A DNA stretch of 64,000 bases from Schizochytrium sp. TIO01. Lineage: Eukaryota; Protista; Bigyra: Labyrinthulomycetes. How positions within the stretch are numbered: the stretch's first letter is position 1; each line of letters starts with the position of its first letter. The notes below the pieces were generated by a model that was not told the origin of the DNA, made no database searches, and saw only the letters and a list, made by a program, of their open reading frames with translations. Where the stretch lies: positions 620,001 through 684,000 of the forward strand of contig SMSO01000008.1 in assembly GCA_004764695.1 (NCBI GenBank). The letters run 5' to 3'. This document shows, one piece after another, positions 45,101-57,761 of the stretch. The position numbers were made by a program, and so were the translations under genes.

Positions 45101-46076
45101 CGTTTCCGCAGGAGCATCAGAGGAAAACCCTCGGTAGATAGCGACTAAGTACTTCTACCGACTGTGTTTTTTAATGGTTAGTATAAATGACGAACGAAGT
45201 AATAAAATGAACTTTCAGGGAATGCGAAAGACAATAAAAGGCAGTGAAGGTAGAAGAACTCTGGCAAGTTTGGCGGCCAAATAGCTCCGGTGGTCGAGCA
45301 GCCAAACGTGTGAAGGTACAGAACCCCGGTGGGACCTTGTCTCGATCGCTGACAGAAACTGCCTCAAGAGCGAGCAGCCGTTTGCAGCTTTATGAACTTG
45401 CCTCGAAACCCAAACTCAGCGAGCGAGTCACTCGGGTATGGTATCTGCTGTCGAGGTATGCATGAAAACACAGGTTCTCTTCGTTCAAGTTCGCGATGAT
45501 GCCGGCGAGAACATCTTTGACTCCAATACGTGCGTAGCTTAAGGTTCGCGTGAGTCGTTCGCTGGCCACGACACAGCGCGAAAACTTGGGACCGAGCTCA
45601 AGTTCTTCGCAGCGACATTGATTCGCTTTGTTCGAGGTCCCTTCGATTCACAGTTCTCAGGCTCAGGCCGAACTCTAAGCTCGGCAGGTGCTTTTGCAAC
45701 AGGAAAGTAAACCCGCTGATCCTGTGGTGCGACGTGGAGGCCAGACTCGAGGTGCACCACGACGGCACTTGTGGCGGCGATGAATGTGATTAGGCAGTCC
45801 GTTTTCTTGGACGGGCTGCCAAAGATGAGGCTTGCTCGGCTGATCTCATGGAGTATCTCAGGCAACGACAGCCAAGTTATGGTTTCCCGAGGGAAGGCAA
45901 GTGCCCAAAGCGCCGAGTGCCGTTACGGTTGGCGAGCGTGAAGCCAGAGTGCAGCGAATGCTGGAGAAGGTCGGGCTCCTCGATGTCTGGCCAGTTCTTG
46001 TTTTCCATGCTGATGGTCCTTTTATCTACTACATACGTACTTTTTTCTTTTCTGTTTCACAAAAAATGGAGAAACA

Positions 46077-46114
46077 GAATGAATGAATGAATGAATGAAT
46101 GAATGAATGAATGA
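46077..46114. repeat. (GAAT)n microsatellite (another at ~47280-47322)
   Basis: Direct reading of the sequence. Confidence 0.9.
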
Positions 46115-47646
46115 ACGAAGGAATGAACGAAGAGCCCGAGCTGCGAGCTGGCGTGGTGCAGCTTCTCCGCGATGCAGTGGTAAGCGCAAGGCTTGAGGAG
46201 GCCACACAGAGAGCAGCGTGGCTTCGCTTTGGACCAAGCTGCCACTCTTATTGCAAGCTTGGCGGCGGAATTCTGGCGCCATTTGTATACTGTGCCTCCA
46301 AATTATTCTGCTCCGCATTTACTTTATTTTTTAATGTGATGTTGTTATCTTTTCAATGTTGGAGTCACAAGTTTTAGTTTCTACAAACTTGAAGATCATC
46401 GTGCAAGCGATAGGGATGGAAATGCGCATTTTTCATCAGCCATCGCCGATGTAATAAACCCAAGCTGCAACCCATCGGCATTATCCATACACGTGCTGGA
46501 AATCGCAAAGGGCTTGCTGTCTTGACATAACACCAGCTTCGATGAACCTTGAGTGAATGAGTTCTAAGCAAACGCCACGAAGTCACGAAGTCTCGCGATG
46601 GTCTGTTTAAGAGAGGGCCTGTGATGAGAAGGGGCCGACACGGTACGCTACGCACTACCTAGTCAATAAGCTAGGACTCCCTTTGTAGTCAATCTTGCCT
46701 GGAGAAACGCAGCAGTAGCAGACGCGGCTGAGAAGCAAAGCAAAGCAAAGCCAATCGGATAAGGGCGTATCATATTGGATCAGACTCGTGCAGATGATGT
46801 GCAATTCGAGACGGAACCTGCGAGGATCTGTGCGTATATCAACAGAGCCGAGTGGACTCGACTGCTTTTAGCAATTCCTTTTATCTGTTCTTCTCATTAA
46901 TTTATTTTAAGTTAAAACTTTTTAAAGAAGTGAAAATAGGCAGACTCTAGCCTAGCCGATAGTAGGTAGGTACTAGGCAAACTGTGAAAACGGTGAAAAC
47001 TGTGAAAAACATAGGTACGTACCCAAACTCTGTAAACACTGTGCATGCAAAATGCTCATCATGAACTCATGTTCTCCATAGACTCATGCACAATATATAC
47101 ATGGAGGTTCGCTTACGCATGGAGAAGCTTAGACCTTGTACAACTATCTAAATTTATGTGTGCGCCTGCCTGTCGCGGCTGTCCTAGCTCGCAGAAGGAC
47201 CACGCATCCGAATAACAGGGTTCTGTCTTGAAGCCATCGCAATTTATTCCATTCACTCATTCGTTCATTCACTCATAGAAATGAATGAATGAATGAATGA
47301 ATGAATGAAAATGAATGAATGAACTGGTCTGTTATTTATTTTAGTTTAACTTAATTAAAAAATTAGTCTAATTAGTTAAAATAACAATAAAACATGTGTG
47401 ATATTCATAATGATTTGCTCTGAAAGCCATATATGTATGTATGTCATGGTTTCGGAAAACCACCCCAAAATTAACTAACTAGCTGCACGTTGAATCTGAG
47501 GAGCTTGAAGTCTCAAAGATGGCCCGAAGGTCCAGATCAGTGCAGAAACCCAGCGAACAAGTGGCAGGTAGGCGTGCCGACACGTGCGTGAGCAGAGGCT
47601 TCGGCAGGGCCCAAGTCGATCTCAGAGATTGGGTGCTTGGTTTCGC

Positions 47647-47718
<72 letters not shown>
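47647..47718. repeat. (AACT)18 microsatellite
   Basis: Direct reading of the sequence. Confidence 0.95.
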
Positions 47719-48090
47719 CCTTCTTTGACTGACTTTGAGGCGCTGTTTTATTGCAGTCAAACTTGAAAGAAAGAAGGAACTTGAAAGAAGAAGAAGAAGG
47801 AGAAGAAGAAGAAGACAGAACATTTAGGTACCTACCTGCTTAGTAAGCGCGTAACCAATGCTAGCAGCCTAGAATGAAAGTTTCTTTCTTTTTCTTTCTT
47901 TTTCTTTCTTTTTCTTTCTGTTTCTTTCTGTTTCTTTTTCTTTTCTTTTTCTTTAAGAGGGAGAAAGAAGGAACACTCAGTCAAGTTGGCAAAGAGAAAG
48001 GAAGAGGAAGGAGAAAGAAATTGACATTGATTGAGAGTCAAAGTCGATTGACATCAAGGCACGCGGCGGAGGGTGGCGCGGGTGTCGAGC

Positions 48091-51000
48091 ATGGGTAAGC
48101 TCGACGGCGGAGCCGGAGCACGGTACCGTAACCTGGCCCGGCAGCGCGTGAGCGAGCGGTGGCTGGAGGCCATCGTGGTGGTGGCTTTCCATGTGGAACA
48201 CGGGCAAGTGATCGAGGACGTCTTTGACGTCGAGGGCCGCGGGCTCTCGGAGCGCGCCAAGCGGAAAATATGCTCCCTGTCGCTGCCGGACTCCAACAGC
48301 GGCCAGAACGGCGATGTACAGTACTTCTTTAGGTACCGTGACAGCGACGACGCCCTCTTGGACACCTCGAAGTCATCGTCGAATTCATCTACATCACTGT
48401 CTTTGTCAATATCAAACTCGGTCTCATCATTGTCAGGCTCACCGACCTTGACAGCTTCATCAAATTTCGTATCAACTCATAATTCCACAACGAGAGCATC
48501 TCCAACGCTACCTGGAGGAGGAAACCATAACCACCACTCCCTACATGGGGCCAATTCCGCATGGACTCCTCATTCTAGTGCGCACACCACAGCACCTTTG
48601 GAGGAAGACTTCGTGTATTGCTCGGCATTCTTCAGGCAGATCAAAGACAAAGCTCTCAAGAGAGGATATTTCCAGAAATCCGTGGTGCTTGTGTCGAAAA
48701 ACCCCTTCACAAGCTTTCTGGCGGATTGCACATTTGTGGTGGGGCCACTTTTCTTCGAGTTTGGCAAGGTGGTCCTTGAAGCTATCACAAAAGATGTCCA
48801 GGCGTGGCCGCAGCCTGAGCCAGGGAGGACCTTCAGGCTGCCCATCGCAGGAAGCTCACTCGTTACAGTGGTGCCGAGACAGTTTGAAGATCTCAGGAAC
48901 TTCCACAGTAACAGACGACGACGCCGAACAAGAAGTCATGATAATGACAACAACGGTAGTAGTATTGATAAGAATGGAAATCGCAGCCCGTATCTTGCCA
49001 ACAGAGGTAAAGTTGGGGCTTCACAGTCGCAATCCAAGAAAATTGGTCTGGGCAGGGGCCAGGCGCATGACCCATCACTTCTGCGAGAATTTCACGCACA
49101 ACAGCAACAACAGCAGCAGCAGCAACAACAACAGCAACAACAACAACAACAACAGGTATCATCGTCGGCTTCTCATGGAGAAGCGATATCACCGAGCTCA
49201 CCAGCGCTTATGTCTCTTTCGAGCCCTAGTACAGGATCTCCAGGAACGGCTGGTATGGCTGGGGAAAGTTTTACATCTTCTGAGAGAGAATATGCTAAAA
49301 ATGGCGACGGTGAAGCTGAGGAGGACATTGAAACCCCAAATGGACATCAGCATGAGTCTATTGCGCTTCTCTCCTCTGAGAGAACCAATCGCTTGAAAGA
49401 TGGAACCTCGATGTCAGCATCATCCAGTGCCTCAGGCGAAGTAAACTATAGTGTAGCGCGTATTTTCCAGCACCCTCCCGAAACAAACCCAGGCCTTTTC
49501 CAGGATATTCCTCTGTTCTCAACCTTTGGTGGCTTATCTGTGGCCTTGTGGCATATTTGGGAGCTTGCCCTGGCCGGTGAGCCAATATTGGTGCTAGCAC
49601 CGACCCCTGACCGGTGCTCACAAGCCGTGTTAGCCATAGCAAGTCTCATTGCTCCAATTGCATATAATGGTGATTATCGCCCTTATTTTACCATCTATGA
49701 CTCAGACTTTATGGAGATCAGTCGTAAACATGATGAGTTGCGTGGCCAAGATATGCCCTCCATCGTTTTAGGCGTCACTAACCCGTACTTCCTGAAAACA
49801 CTCGAATTTTGGCCGAATGTGATCTCAATGGGCGGTCCGCACCCATCTACAACAGCACTTTCTCGGTCAGCTACCCCGCCACCTAAAGCGAGCGATGAGT
49901 CTTCTTCAATGACCGGAAATAGAGCGTCTGCAGGTTCTCATGCCTCAGGCCCCCCTGCTGCAACCATGAGCGGGAACGGGAGCATGGCTACATGCTTCGA
50001 CCTTGATGCACGCTATCAGCAAATCATCGAGTCGTCGCAGCGCCTTCACCGCCAAAATAGCTCCTGCATGTCGCATGCGAGCCATCAGCAACAACACAGC
50101 CTAAGCGTGGATGGCCTCGACATTAAGACGGCTCGGTATCACCCGACAGTGGCGAAGCGAGGTGCATCGTTGCGTGCACTCTTGACGGACCAAAAGTACG
50201 AACGATCTATCATCCTCACGCGTGATGAGCCTGGCGTACCTCCTGACAAGACCGTGCTCCAGCAACTTCTAACCGAGCACGATGCAGAGAACGCCGAACT
50301 TGTTACGTTACAAGGTGAAAAATATGATGTAGAGCCGCCTGCCTTATCTGTGAATAACGCGCTCTTGCGCCAGCACTTTACGCATCTTACTCGGTGTTTT
50401 CTTCGGCCTTTGGAAAATTACTTTAATTTGGAGTCTGTAGGTTCGCGAGCTGCGCGAGAGGGTGGAATTAGCATTACTGCATACAATGAGCCTTCATTAC
50501 TCATTGAGAAATTCAGTGAAGAGTCTTTCCTCCTTGAGTTAGAGGCGCAGCTGCCTGAGAAGGAGTTGCGCCGCACTAACTGGCGGGAACTTTACCGCAA
50601 ATTTATTAATGGCCCCAATTTCATGCCATGGTTCAACCAACAGCGCATTAGGCTCGAGTACCAACTCGAACACATCTATCGCCACTTGCGTCTCAACACT
50701 GACCCTGATGTGCTTTTGCAATCTGCTGGAGCGGCTGAGGAGGTGCGTGAGCGCCTCTTGCGGCGCCAATACCAAGCGCGTCTTGAGCAAAAATCCGACA
50801 CTCTTAGGTCGTCTCAGGGCTCATCAACTTCGTCTATCAGGACAGATGGAAAGGGCTCTTCAATGTATTCGTCGACTCGTAGCGGTTTTGACGAAGAAGG
50901 AGACAGCCATTCTGAAGAGGGAGATAACTTAGTTCTCAATGATTTATCCTCATCAAAGACAAATGGTGATCAAGAGGATGTTGACAATCGTCGTAGTTTC

Positions 51001-51132
51001 CGTCTATATCGTCGTGTTAAGCAAGCTTTGGATCGAGAACTTGCAAGGCCTGAGACAGAACGTGATGATGAACTTTGCTCTAAAATTCAGGAGCACCTTG
51101 AAATCATTCAGTCTTTGATCGCAGGCATGTGA
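48091..51132 (+). CDS. DENND6: DENND6/FAM116-like DENN-domain Rab GEF with a polyQ tract
   Basis: VVAFHVEHGQVIE, ICSLSLPDSNSG..GDVQYFFR, FFRQIKDKALKRGYFQKSVVLVS, LWHIWELALAGEPILVLAPTP, YNGDYRPYFTIYDSDF, LGVTNPYF, LYRKFINGPNFMPWF. First ATG at 48091. Confidence 0.88.
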   Translation: MGKLDGGAGARYRNLARQRVSERWLEAIVVVAFHVEHGQVIEDVFDVEGRGLSERAKRKICSLSLPDSNSGQNGDVQYFFRYRDSDDALLDTSKSSSNSSTSLSLSISNSVSSLSGSPTLTASSNFVSTHNSTTRASPTLPGGGNHNHHSLHGANSAWTPHSSAHTTAPLEEDFVYCSAFFRQIKDKALKRGYFQKSVVLVSKNPFTSFLADCTFVVGPLFFEFGKVVLEAITKDVQAWPQPEPGRTFRLPIAGSSLVTVVPRQFEDLRNFHSNRRRRRTRSHDNDNNGSSIDKNGNRSPYLANRGKVGASQSQSKKIGLGRGQAHDPSLLREFHAQQQQQQQQQQQQQQQQQQQVSSSASHGEAISPSSPALMSLSSPSTGSPGTAGMAGESFTSSEREYAKNGDGEAEEDIETPNGHQHESIALLSSERTNRLKDGTSMSASSSASGEVNYSVARIFQHPPETNPGLFQDIPLFSTFGGLSVALWHIWELALAGEPILVLAPTPDRCSQAVLAIASLIAPIAYNGDYRPYFTIYDSDFMEISRKHDELRGQDMPSIVLGVTNPYFLKTLEFWPNVISMGGPHPSTTALSRSATPPPKASDESSSMTGNRASAGSHASGPPAATMSGNGSMATCFDLDARYQQIIESSQRLHRQNSSCMSHASHQQQHSLSVDGLDIKTARYHPTVAKRGASLRALLTDQKYERSIILTRDEPGVPPDKTVLQQLLTEHDAENAELVTLQGEKYDVEPPALSVNNALLRQHFTHLTRCFLRPLENYFNLESVGSRAAREGGISITAYNEPSLLIEKFSEESFLLELEAQLPEKELRRTNWRELYRKFINGPNFMPWFNQQRIRLEYQLEHIYRHLRLNTDPDVLLQSAGAAEEVRERLLRRQYQARLEQKSDTLRSSQGSSTSSIRTDGKGSSMYSSTRSGFDEEGDSHSEEGDNLVLNDLSSSKTNGDQEDVDNRRSFRLYRRVKQALDRELARPETERDDELCSKIQEHLEIIQSLIAGM

Positions 51133-52754
51133 ATAATCGTCAGTAATCTGATACCTTTGTGAGGGGGTCGCGTTCTCTATCTAGAAACTAGTAAAAAAAT
51201 AACTTCATTATTTGCAAATCTGATTTTATAGCAGAATCATTTTGTTCCTACAACATTCTCAGGCGAAATATTTTCTGACAAGGAAGCATGAAGTAAACTC
51301 AGGTGGCGAGGTAACTGAGTCACTGGTGAAATAAGTCGATCAATGGCGATGCCTTGCATAGTGCCTCTTCGTGTGTTCGTGCTTTCGTTGGTGACTGCTT
51401 TGAATATTCAAATGTATCTTTTTTTGTTTGTTTCCCTGACTGCTAAACTAGAAATAATTTACCAGAACTTCTCTTTCTCTCGTTAAGTTGAGGTTTAACA
51501 TTGCAACGTTTAGCGCAGATGGACCTCCCTTTTTCTTTGTTAAAAAGAAAGGCACACGCACCGCACATAATATACATACAAGCGGATAGCTAATAAACTA
51601 AGAAGGCACTATGATTTAGGATGACAAGAGCATTGCGTCAAACATAAAAAAGACTCAGCACTGGACGCGCTAGAACCTGTTCTGGCAGATATGCCGGTAG
51701 ACAAGTACGGATTTAAGATGTTCTGCGCCACTACGACAGGTTTCTTTAAGGGAGATGCAGATCTCCTCAAGTACCAATTAGGCTATGCTCCTGATCGCCG
51801 CAAGGATAACTCTGAGAACCAGCTGGAATGGACGCGATTCAATGTCAATCACACGGGTTGATATTTCCCTTAGGTAAAACGCAAGACCTTTTGTCCCAGG
51901 CCGCCCATAAACAAGATATAGTCGCCTGGAGGCCAGAGCCAATTCTGCGACGTAGAGCAATGAGAGAATGTGTAGATTGGAGATTCATTGGAGGAATTCC
52001 TTCCTAAGAGTGCTTGTGCGGTATAGGTGGCGATTTACCAATTACGAAGTGCGGAAGTACCTGCGAGTATACGAGAGAACGCAATTCTATTTCACTTGCA
52101 CGCTGCGCAGAGCTCGGGGAGCTTTCTCGCAACCGTTGGCTAGGCAATATTGCTTATCAGGCGCCCGTGATGTACAGCATTTCAAGAATGCAACCAAAGG
52201 CGTGCCGACATGAACTTACATCAATGTGTACCGCACGCTTGATAACCGAGACAACAACATTTGACCCTTATTTCTGTCTAGCAGAACTCAATTTCCCCTC
52301 TTCCACCTCATACCAGGCAAGGCAAGTAGGTCTCTCGGGAACGAGATTTACTTGTACTCTGCTCTCACACGTGCATCTGAGAGCCTCTCTGCTAAGAAGC
52401 TTGGCTCGTGCTGATCAATGATCGCCATCACTACAATCGTCGCCCATGAACCTCTTCCACCTCGACCTCAACCTCAAGTTGGACTTCAGACTTACTTACT
52501 TCACACGTACACACCTTTCTCCAAGTCCTGAGAGAAAGTGGGTTTATCCAAGTTGCACTTGAAGCAACTTCAACATGGAGGCGGTAGCTTCCTCGTGGCA
52601 CGACAAGTACGCACCTAGCGAGATAGGCACATATACAAAAAGCAGCAGAAGCTGCCAAGTCACCGCCACGGGGGCAATTTTAAGGAGTGACTGCTGCTAC
52701 AAATTCCGGTGTTATAGGTACTGCGTCACCGAGCACCGCGAACGGCCACTCAAG

Positions 52755-52767
52755 CAAGCATGCAAGC

Positions 52768-52810
<43 letters not shown>
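52755..52810. repeat. (GCAA)n microsatellite
   Basis: Direct reading of the sequence. Confidence 0.9.
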
Positions 52811-52811
<1 letters not shown>

Positions 52812-53738
52812 TCTTCCACTCAGCAGCAACTATCCACCCTGAGCTTCCTCGTCGTCGATATCCACGAGGTTCTCGTCGAAACCTTCTCGCAAAGCCATCA
52901 TCATTACCAATCCCTGCAGCGCACAGCGATCAATGCTCTCGAGATGAGATCAGAAACTCACCTTTTCCACCTAACTTTAACAGTTGTAATTAGCAGTGCA
53001 AATCTGTGTACCCGAGGTCTTTTATTGGTTGCACGCACACGCCCTTCCTAGCATGAGTATGGTGAATACCCTGGGTCTTGTGGGTGTGCACGACCCTTAC
53101 AAGGGTCGCGTGTATGCGCGATCAGGGCTGCACAAACAATGCGCAAACGAGGGCTCAACTGAAGAGCGCAAGAGTTTTTATTAGCCCAGTGGAGAACTGA
53201 TAAAGAGGCGCGACACATATTGAATTAGTATGGGGCAGGCTCACAAAGAATATAAAAAGGATACTAAAAGACATGTAAAAGGAATTAAGATAGCAGCAAT
53301 GAGTCATTTGAAAGATCTCTAAAAGGAGTGTAAACACATGGTCTTTGTGAGGAGATATAAAGTTTGATACAAAATGACTAGAATCAGAGAAGAAAAAGGT
53401 ACCAGTGGTGTTGTGAGGGGAGGGTAAGATCTGTGGTGGAAAGTCGGATTGAAAATGTTAAAAAGCAGAAGAGTGCAAAGCACACCTCGAAAGAAAGAAA
53501 AGAAAGTAATGCGCGAAGTGAGTGATATGAATAATGAGGGAATAACCGAATGAAATCGATCACTTTTTAGTAGTTTCTTTTAAGAAGCGATGTTAGTTGG
53601 ATAATGAATCATTGGGCCATTGTGAGAAGAGAAGAGAAGTTGAAAGCGATACTGAGTAAGATCAACCAAGTCCTCGTTTCTGCAAATCCACAACAAGCAC
53701 AGCGAAAGCTCAAGTCCGCGACAAGAAGCTCGAAGAAG

Positions 53739-55358
53739 ATGACCGCCGCAGAGAACGGAGCCGTGGCCACCGCCGACGGCGCCAAGAAACGCAAGACGGA
53801 AGATGCCGTCGAAGCCGTGGAGCACAAGGGCTTTGGCAAGCTCATCCTCTTCGGTGAGCACTTTGTGGTCTACAAGAAGCCCGCTCTTGTCGGTGCTGTC
53901 AAGGCCGCCACCGTCGCTGAGGTTGAGCTGAGCCCCGAAGGTGTTTGGTCCCAGGGCCTCATTGTTGAGGACGACCGCCCCGCCGTGCCGGGCTACAAGG
54001 ACAAGAAGGCCGAGGAGATGTTCGAGTCCACTCGCCTTGTGCTCAAGCACTTTGACCTCGACTCCAACAAGCGTGGCGTCAAGGTCATCCTCAAGGGCGA
54101 CCTCGCCCCCGTGTCTGGCATTGGTGCCAGTGCCGGTAAGTTGAAAAGATCTGAGTTCGTATAGAATCGTGATAGATCGCCATGTGAAGTCCAACCAACA
54201 GCAGCGAAATCTTGCTTTTCTGCTTGTCCGTCCATTTTGGAGACACCCTCATACTCTCATAGAAACAGTTCATGAGATCTGATCTCTTGCTGGATGGGGA
54301 AAAGGGATGTAAATGTGACTTTGCAGTGCTCTTGCGGTATCAAATCAAATTAGATGAGATCAAGTTCCAGAGTGCTGGAATTGTCCAAGAAGTGTGCTGG
54401 ACGGAGTCAAGATCATGTTGTATAAACCCACATGTATGAATGTGAGGTTTGCATCGCTTGGCCTGAGATGGCCTGAGATCTGCTTGCAAGCGCTATGTGA
54501 TTATGCCTGAGGGTTTGGTGGAGGAATGAGTAGGAATACTGACTGATCTGAGTTTATTGGCTGATTGCGTTAAATGCTACCTTTTTTCAATTCAATCGGT
54601 TATAGCCAACTGTGTCTCTGTCGCTCGCGCCCTTGCTGCCGCTCTCGGCAAGGAGGTTGATGAGGACGAGATCAACCAGGCCGCCTACGAGGGTGAGATG
54701 GCCTACCACGGTACCCCTTCCGGTAAGTTGTATAGCAAAGAACTGAAATATACCTCTTCAAGACAAATTAAATGCCTTCGTATACTTAAAACATGGACAC
54801 GGACATGCTAACTTTCAAGAGCACTGCTGATATAAATATTCCACAGGTATCGACAACACTGCCTCCACCTTCGGCGGTGTCCTCCGCTTCCAGCGCACTG
54901 ACGACAAGCCCCTCTTCGACAAGAAGAAGCTCCCCGTCGAGATCCCCATTGTGTACGCTAGCTCCGGTATTACTTCTTCCACCACTGAGGTTGTCGGTGA
55001 TGTGCGCGCCAAGCGTGAGGCTGACATGGCCTGGTACGAGGCCCTCGAGAAGGAGTACATGGAGATCTTTGACGAGGCTGAGAAGGCCATCTCCGAGGGT
55101 GGTGATGACCTTGTCAAGACCCTTGCCGCACTTGCTGACCGCAACCACGCTGTCTGCCAGAAGCTCACTGTCAGCTGCAAGGAGCTCGACGACCTCGTCG
55201 ATACTGCTCGCGCCGCTGGTGCCCTTGGCGCCAAGATGAGCGGCACCGGCCGTGGTGGCCTCATGTTCGCCATCTGCGCTGACGAGGCTGCCCAGGAGAA
55301 GGTCGCTGAGGCCCTCTCCAAGACCGCTGCCCATGTGTGGAAGACCTCGTTCCAGTAA
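53739..55358 (+). CDS. MVK: Mevalonate kinase (GHMP family), 3 exons: 53739-54135, 54606-54722, 54847-55358
   Basis: GKLILFGEHFVVY, PVSGIGASAA, HGTPSGIDN, GAKMSGTGRGG. Phase-1 introns GTAAG...AG at 54136-54605 and 54723-54846. Strong C/G-ending codon bias. Confidence 0.9.
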
Positions 55359-56189
55359 GCGTTATGCTGCCGTTGTTCTACTGCTTCACCGCTGCCTTGC
55401 GAAAATCATAAATAACTTTACCAACCTGACAGCAAGGTCGCGAATTTAACCATGAAGAATTTTGCGTGTCAAGTCTGCCTGTTAATCATCAAAGTCCTTT
55501 GTCCTGCAGCAATCCCAAGCCTTTTTTTTATGCTTTATGTTTGTCTTTGCATTTGCAGTCCTTGGTGGTGCGTGGCGTTTTTTTTTATAACTCTTGCACA
55601 GCAATGCCAAAGGCTGATCTCTTCTACGTCGAGCCAGAACACCCCATATTTATCCCACTCTTGCCGTCGAAGTCGACCTGCGCCACTCTCAATTACAATA
55701 TGAGCTGCACTTCCCTCCACTACTCTCAAGATCACAAATTGAAACACAGCAGCGATCCTCTATTTTACATCCATGCAATCCACATAACATCATTGCTAAT
55801 GAGAAGTTCTCAAACTCAAAGCAAGAGCTATGAGATTAGCAATCCCTGGCTTCGTTTCCCGGTTCTGCATGCAAGCCCTGCGATGCAATGCTCGTATCAG
55901 CCTTGGCACCTACTTCCTGCTGCCCTTGAAGATTAGCAACAAGCAAAGATATTAGATTAGCCTCTAATTAGTGTTATGCGATACTAAACAAATGACCTTG
56001 TACTAGTGCTAAGTGGCTTGAGATGAGAATGATGAAAGACTTAAGAAAAGTGGGAGTCGTCGAGACGATTTTGCTTCTGGTGCTCTGCGCTCAGGAGCTT
56101 GGGCAAATCTGTATTGTGAGACGCAAGGGCGTCATCAGCGAAATACATTTGCGCCTCCGTGCAAAGGTTTAGCAGATTGACTCGGCAAG

Positions 56190-57623
56190 ATGCAGTTTCA
56201 AGGGGAGCTGCGACAGCTCATCAAGTCTGTGCCGGGCAACGAGCTGTGCGTGGACTGCCGGGACCCGAACCCGACGTGGGCATCCGTGAACCTCGGGATC
56301 TTCATGTGCTTGGACTGCAGTGGTGTTCACAGAGCGATGGGTGTGCACATCAGCTTTGTAAAATCCATTAGCCTTGACAAATGGACGCCGCAATTCGTAG
56401 CCAATATGCGCAATGGCGGCAACCGAAGGGCCAATGCGTACTTTGAAGCCAAGCTGCCTGCAAATCACCCGAGACCGACCAATATGCGCGAGCGTGAAGA
56501 GTTCATTAGGAACAAATATCAACACCGACGTTGGGTCGCAGATGAAGCTCCGAAGCAGGTCGAGATCGACCAAAATAGCGTAGATCAAGACACATCTGCT
56601 GCGCAAAGCGCAGCTGGAGGTCGCAAGAAACGCATTCCTCCTTCTCAGAGAAGAGCAATGCAACAGCACCAACAGCCTCCTGCATCAAAGGCGGAAATGA
56701 ACTATGTAAATGACGATAATACAGCAGATACCGGTGACGATGTTCTTCTGTTTGGAGATATTAGTCAAGGAAATGATGCCATGTCGCTGCCACCGTCATC
56801 CACAGCAGACTTTTTGTCAACCATGACAAATTCATCACTGTCTTCGACGTCATCGGTATCGTCGGCGTCGTCTGCAGCACCGGCAGCAAGTGTCGCGTCG
56901 ATGTCTGGTGGGTCAGCTTTGTCATTTATTAATGGGAATGCAGCAACTGTTGCTTCGGGAACAACACCCTCGTCTTTACAAGGAGAGAGCACAAACGGTG
57001 GCTCTAGCAGTCTGGGTGGTCTTTTTCAGAACATGAACATCAAGTCTAATGGGAGAGCAACTCCGCCTTCACAACAAGCAGCTGAACCTCGGCAAGCTGA
57101 CCCCATGGACGATCTGCTCAACTTTGGAATGAACAACCCAATGCCTGTCACAAGCGCGCCACCGGCTCAAGCGACCTCGCAAATGATGGCACCGTCAGCC
57201 TCGAGGAGTACCTCTGAGTTTTCGTTTCTTGATCAGCTTGATGGAGGAGCATCAGTAGTTTCTACAAGCGCGGTGGCGGGAACTCCGCCTCTGCCAGCCC
57301 AGCCAGGTCAAAGTGACGCGCAGGCTCAACAGCAGCTTGATCAAATTCAATCGGAGCTTTCCCAGGTTGATGCAGAACTTACACAAGCCCTGGAGCTCCT
57401 GAAGATTTATGAAGCCGCCAAAAATAATCTTCTCCTCGCGAAGTCTCGCATCGAGCAGCTTAGCGGCTTTGTCGATAACCTGCAAATGCAGCGACTTGAC
57501 GCGTTGCATGTGACCAGTCCAAACTTACTAGAAGTTCGCAAACAACTCAACTCCATGGCAACAGAGACAGCAGGTAAAGTCAACAATACGCACTCAGCTG
57601 TTGTCCATGCACTGCAACATTGA
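56190..57623 (+). CDS. ArfGAP-domain protein (SMAP/AGD-like) with a low-complexity middle and a C-terminal helical bundle
   Basis: [50 protein letters not shown]...FIRNKY: CxxC-x16-CxxC plus the catalytic Arg. Confidence 0.9.
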   Translation: MQFQGELRQLIKSVPGNELCVDCRDPNPTWASVNLGIFMCLDCSGVHRAMGVHISFVKSISLDKWTPQFVANMRNGGNRRANAYFEAKLPANHPRPTNMREREEFIRNKYQHRRWVADEAPKQVEIDQNSVDQDTSAAQSAAGGRKKRIPPSQRRAMQQHQQPPASKAEMNYVNDDNTADTGDDVLLFGDISQGNDAMSLPPSSTADFLSTMTNSSLSSTSSVSSASSAAPAASVASMSGGSALSFINGNAATVASGTTPSSLQGESTNGGSSSLGGLFQNMNIKSNGRATPPSQQAAEPRQADPMDDLLNFGMNNPMPVTSAPPAQATSQMMAPSASRSTSEFSFLDQLDGGASVVSTSAVAGTPPLPAQPGQSDAQAQQQLDQIQSELSQVDAELTQALELLKIYEAAKNNLLLAKSRIEQLSGFVDNLQMQRLDALHVTSPNLLEVRKQLNSMATETAGKVNNTHSAVVHALQH

Positions 57624-57761
57624 AATCACGAATCAAATATTTTCTTTCATACTCTTCTATCACATATATCAAATTCCTCAACCTTGGACCACGCACCCTA
57701 CAAGCAAGTTTGGCATCTGCGGGGGAGATTTAAATCACCCCACCAGTCTATAATTCGCGTG

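Noticed and set aside
47647-47718. (AACT)n as an interstitial telomere
   Set aside because: A tetranucleotide unit without the G3/C3 tract of typical telomeric repeats. Similar 4-mer microsatellites occur throughout the window.
53580-55334. Long antisense ORFs over the mevalonate kinase exons, and the upstream ATG at 53604
   Set aside because: Antisense openness follows from the strong codon bias. The biased codon usage begins at the ATG at 53739.
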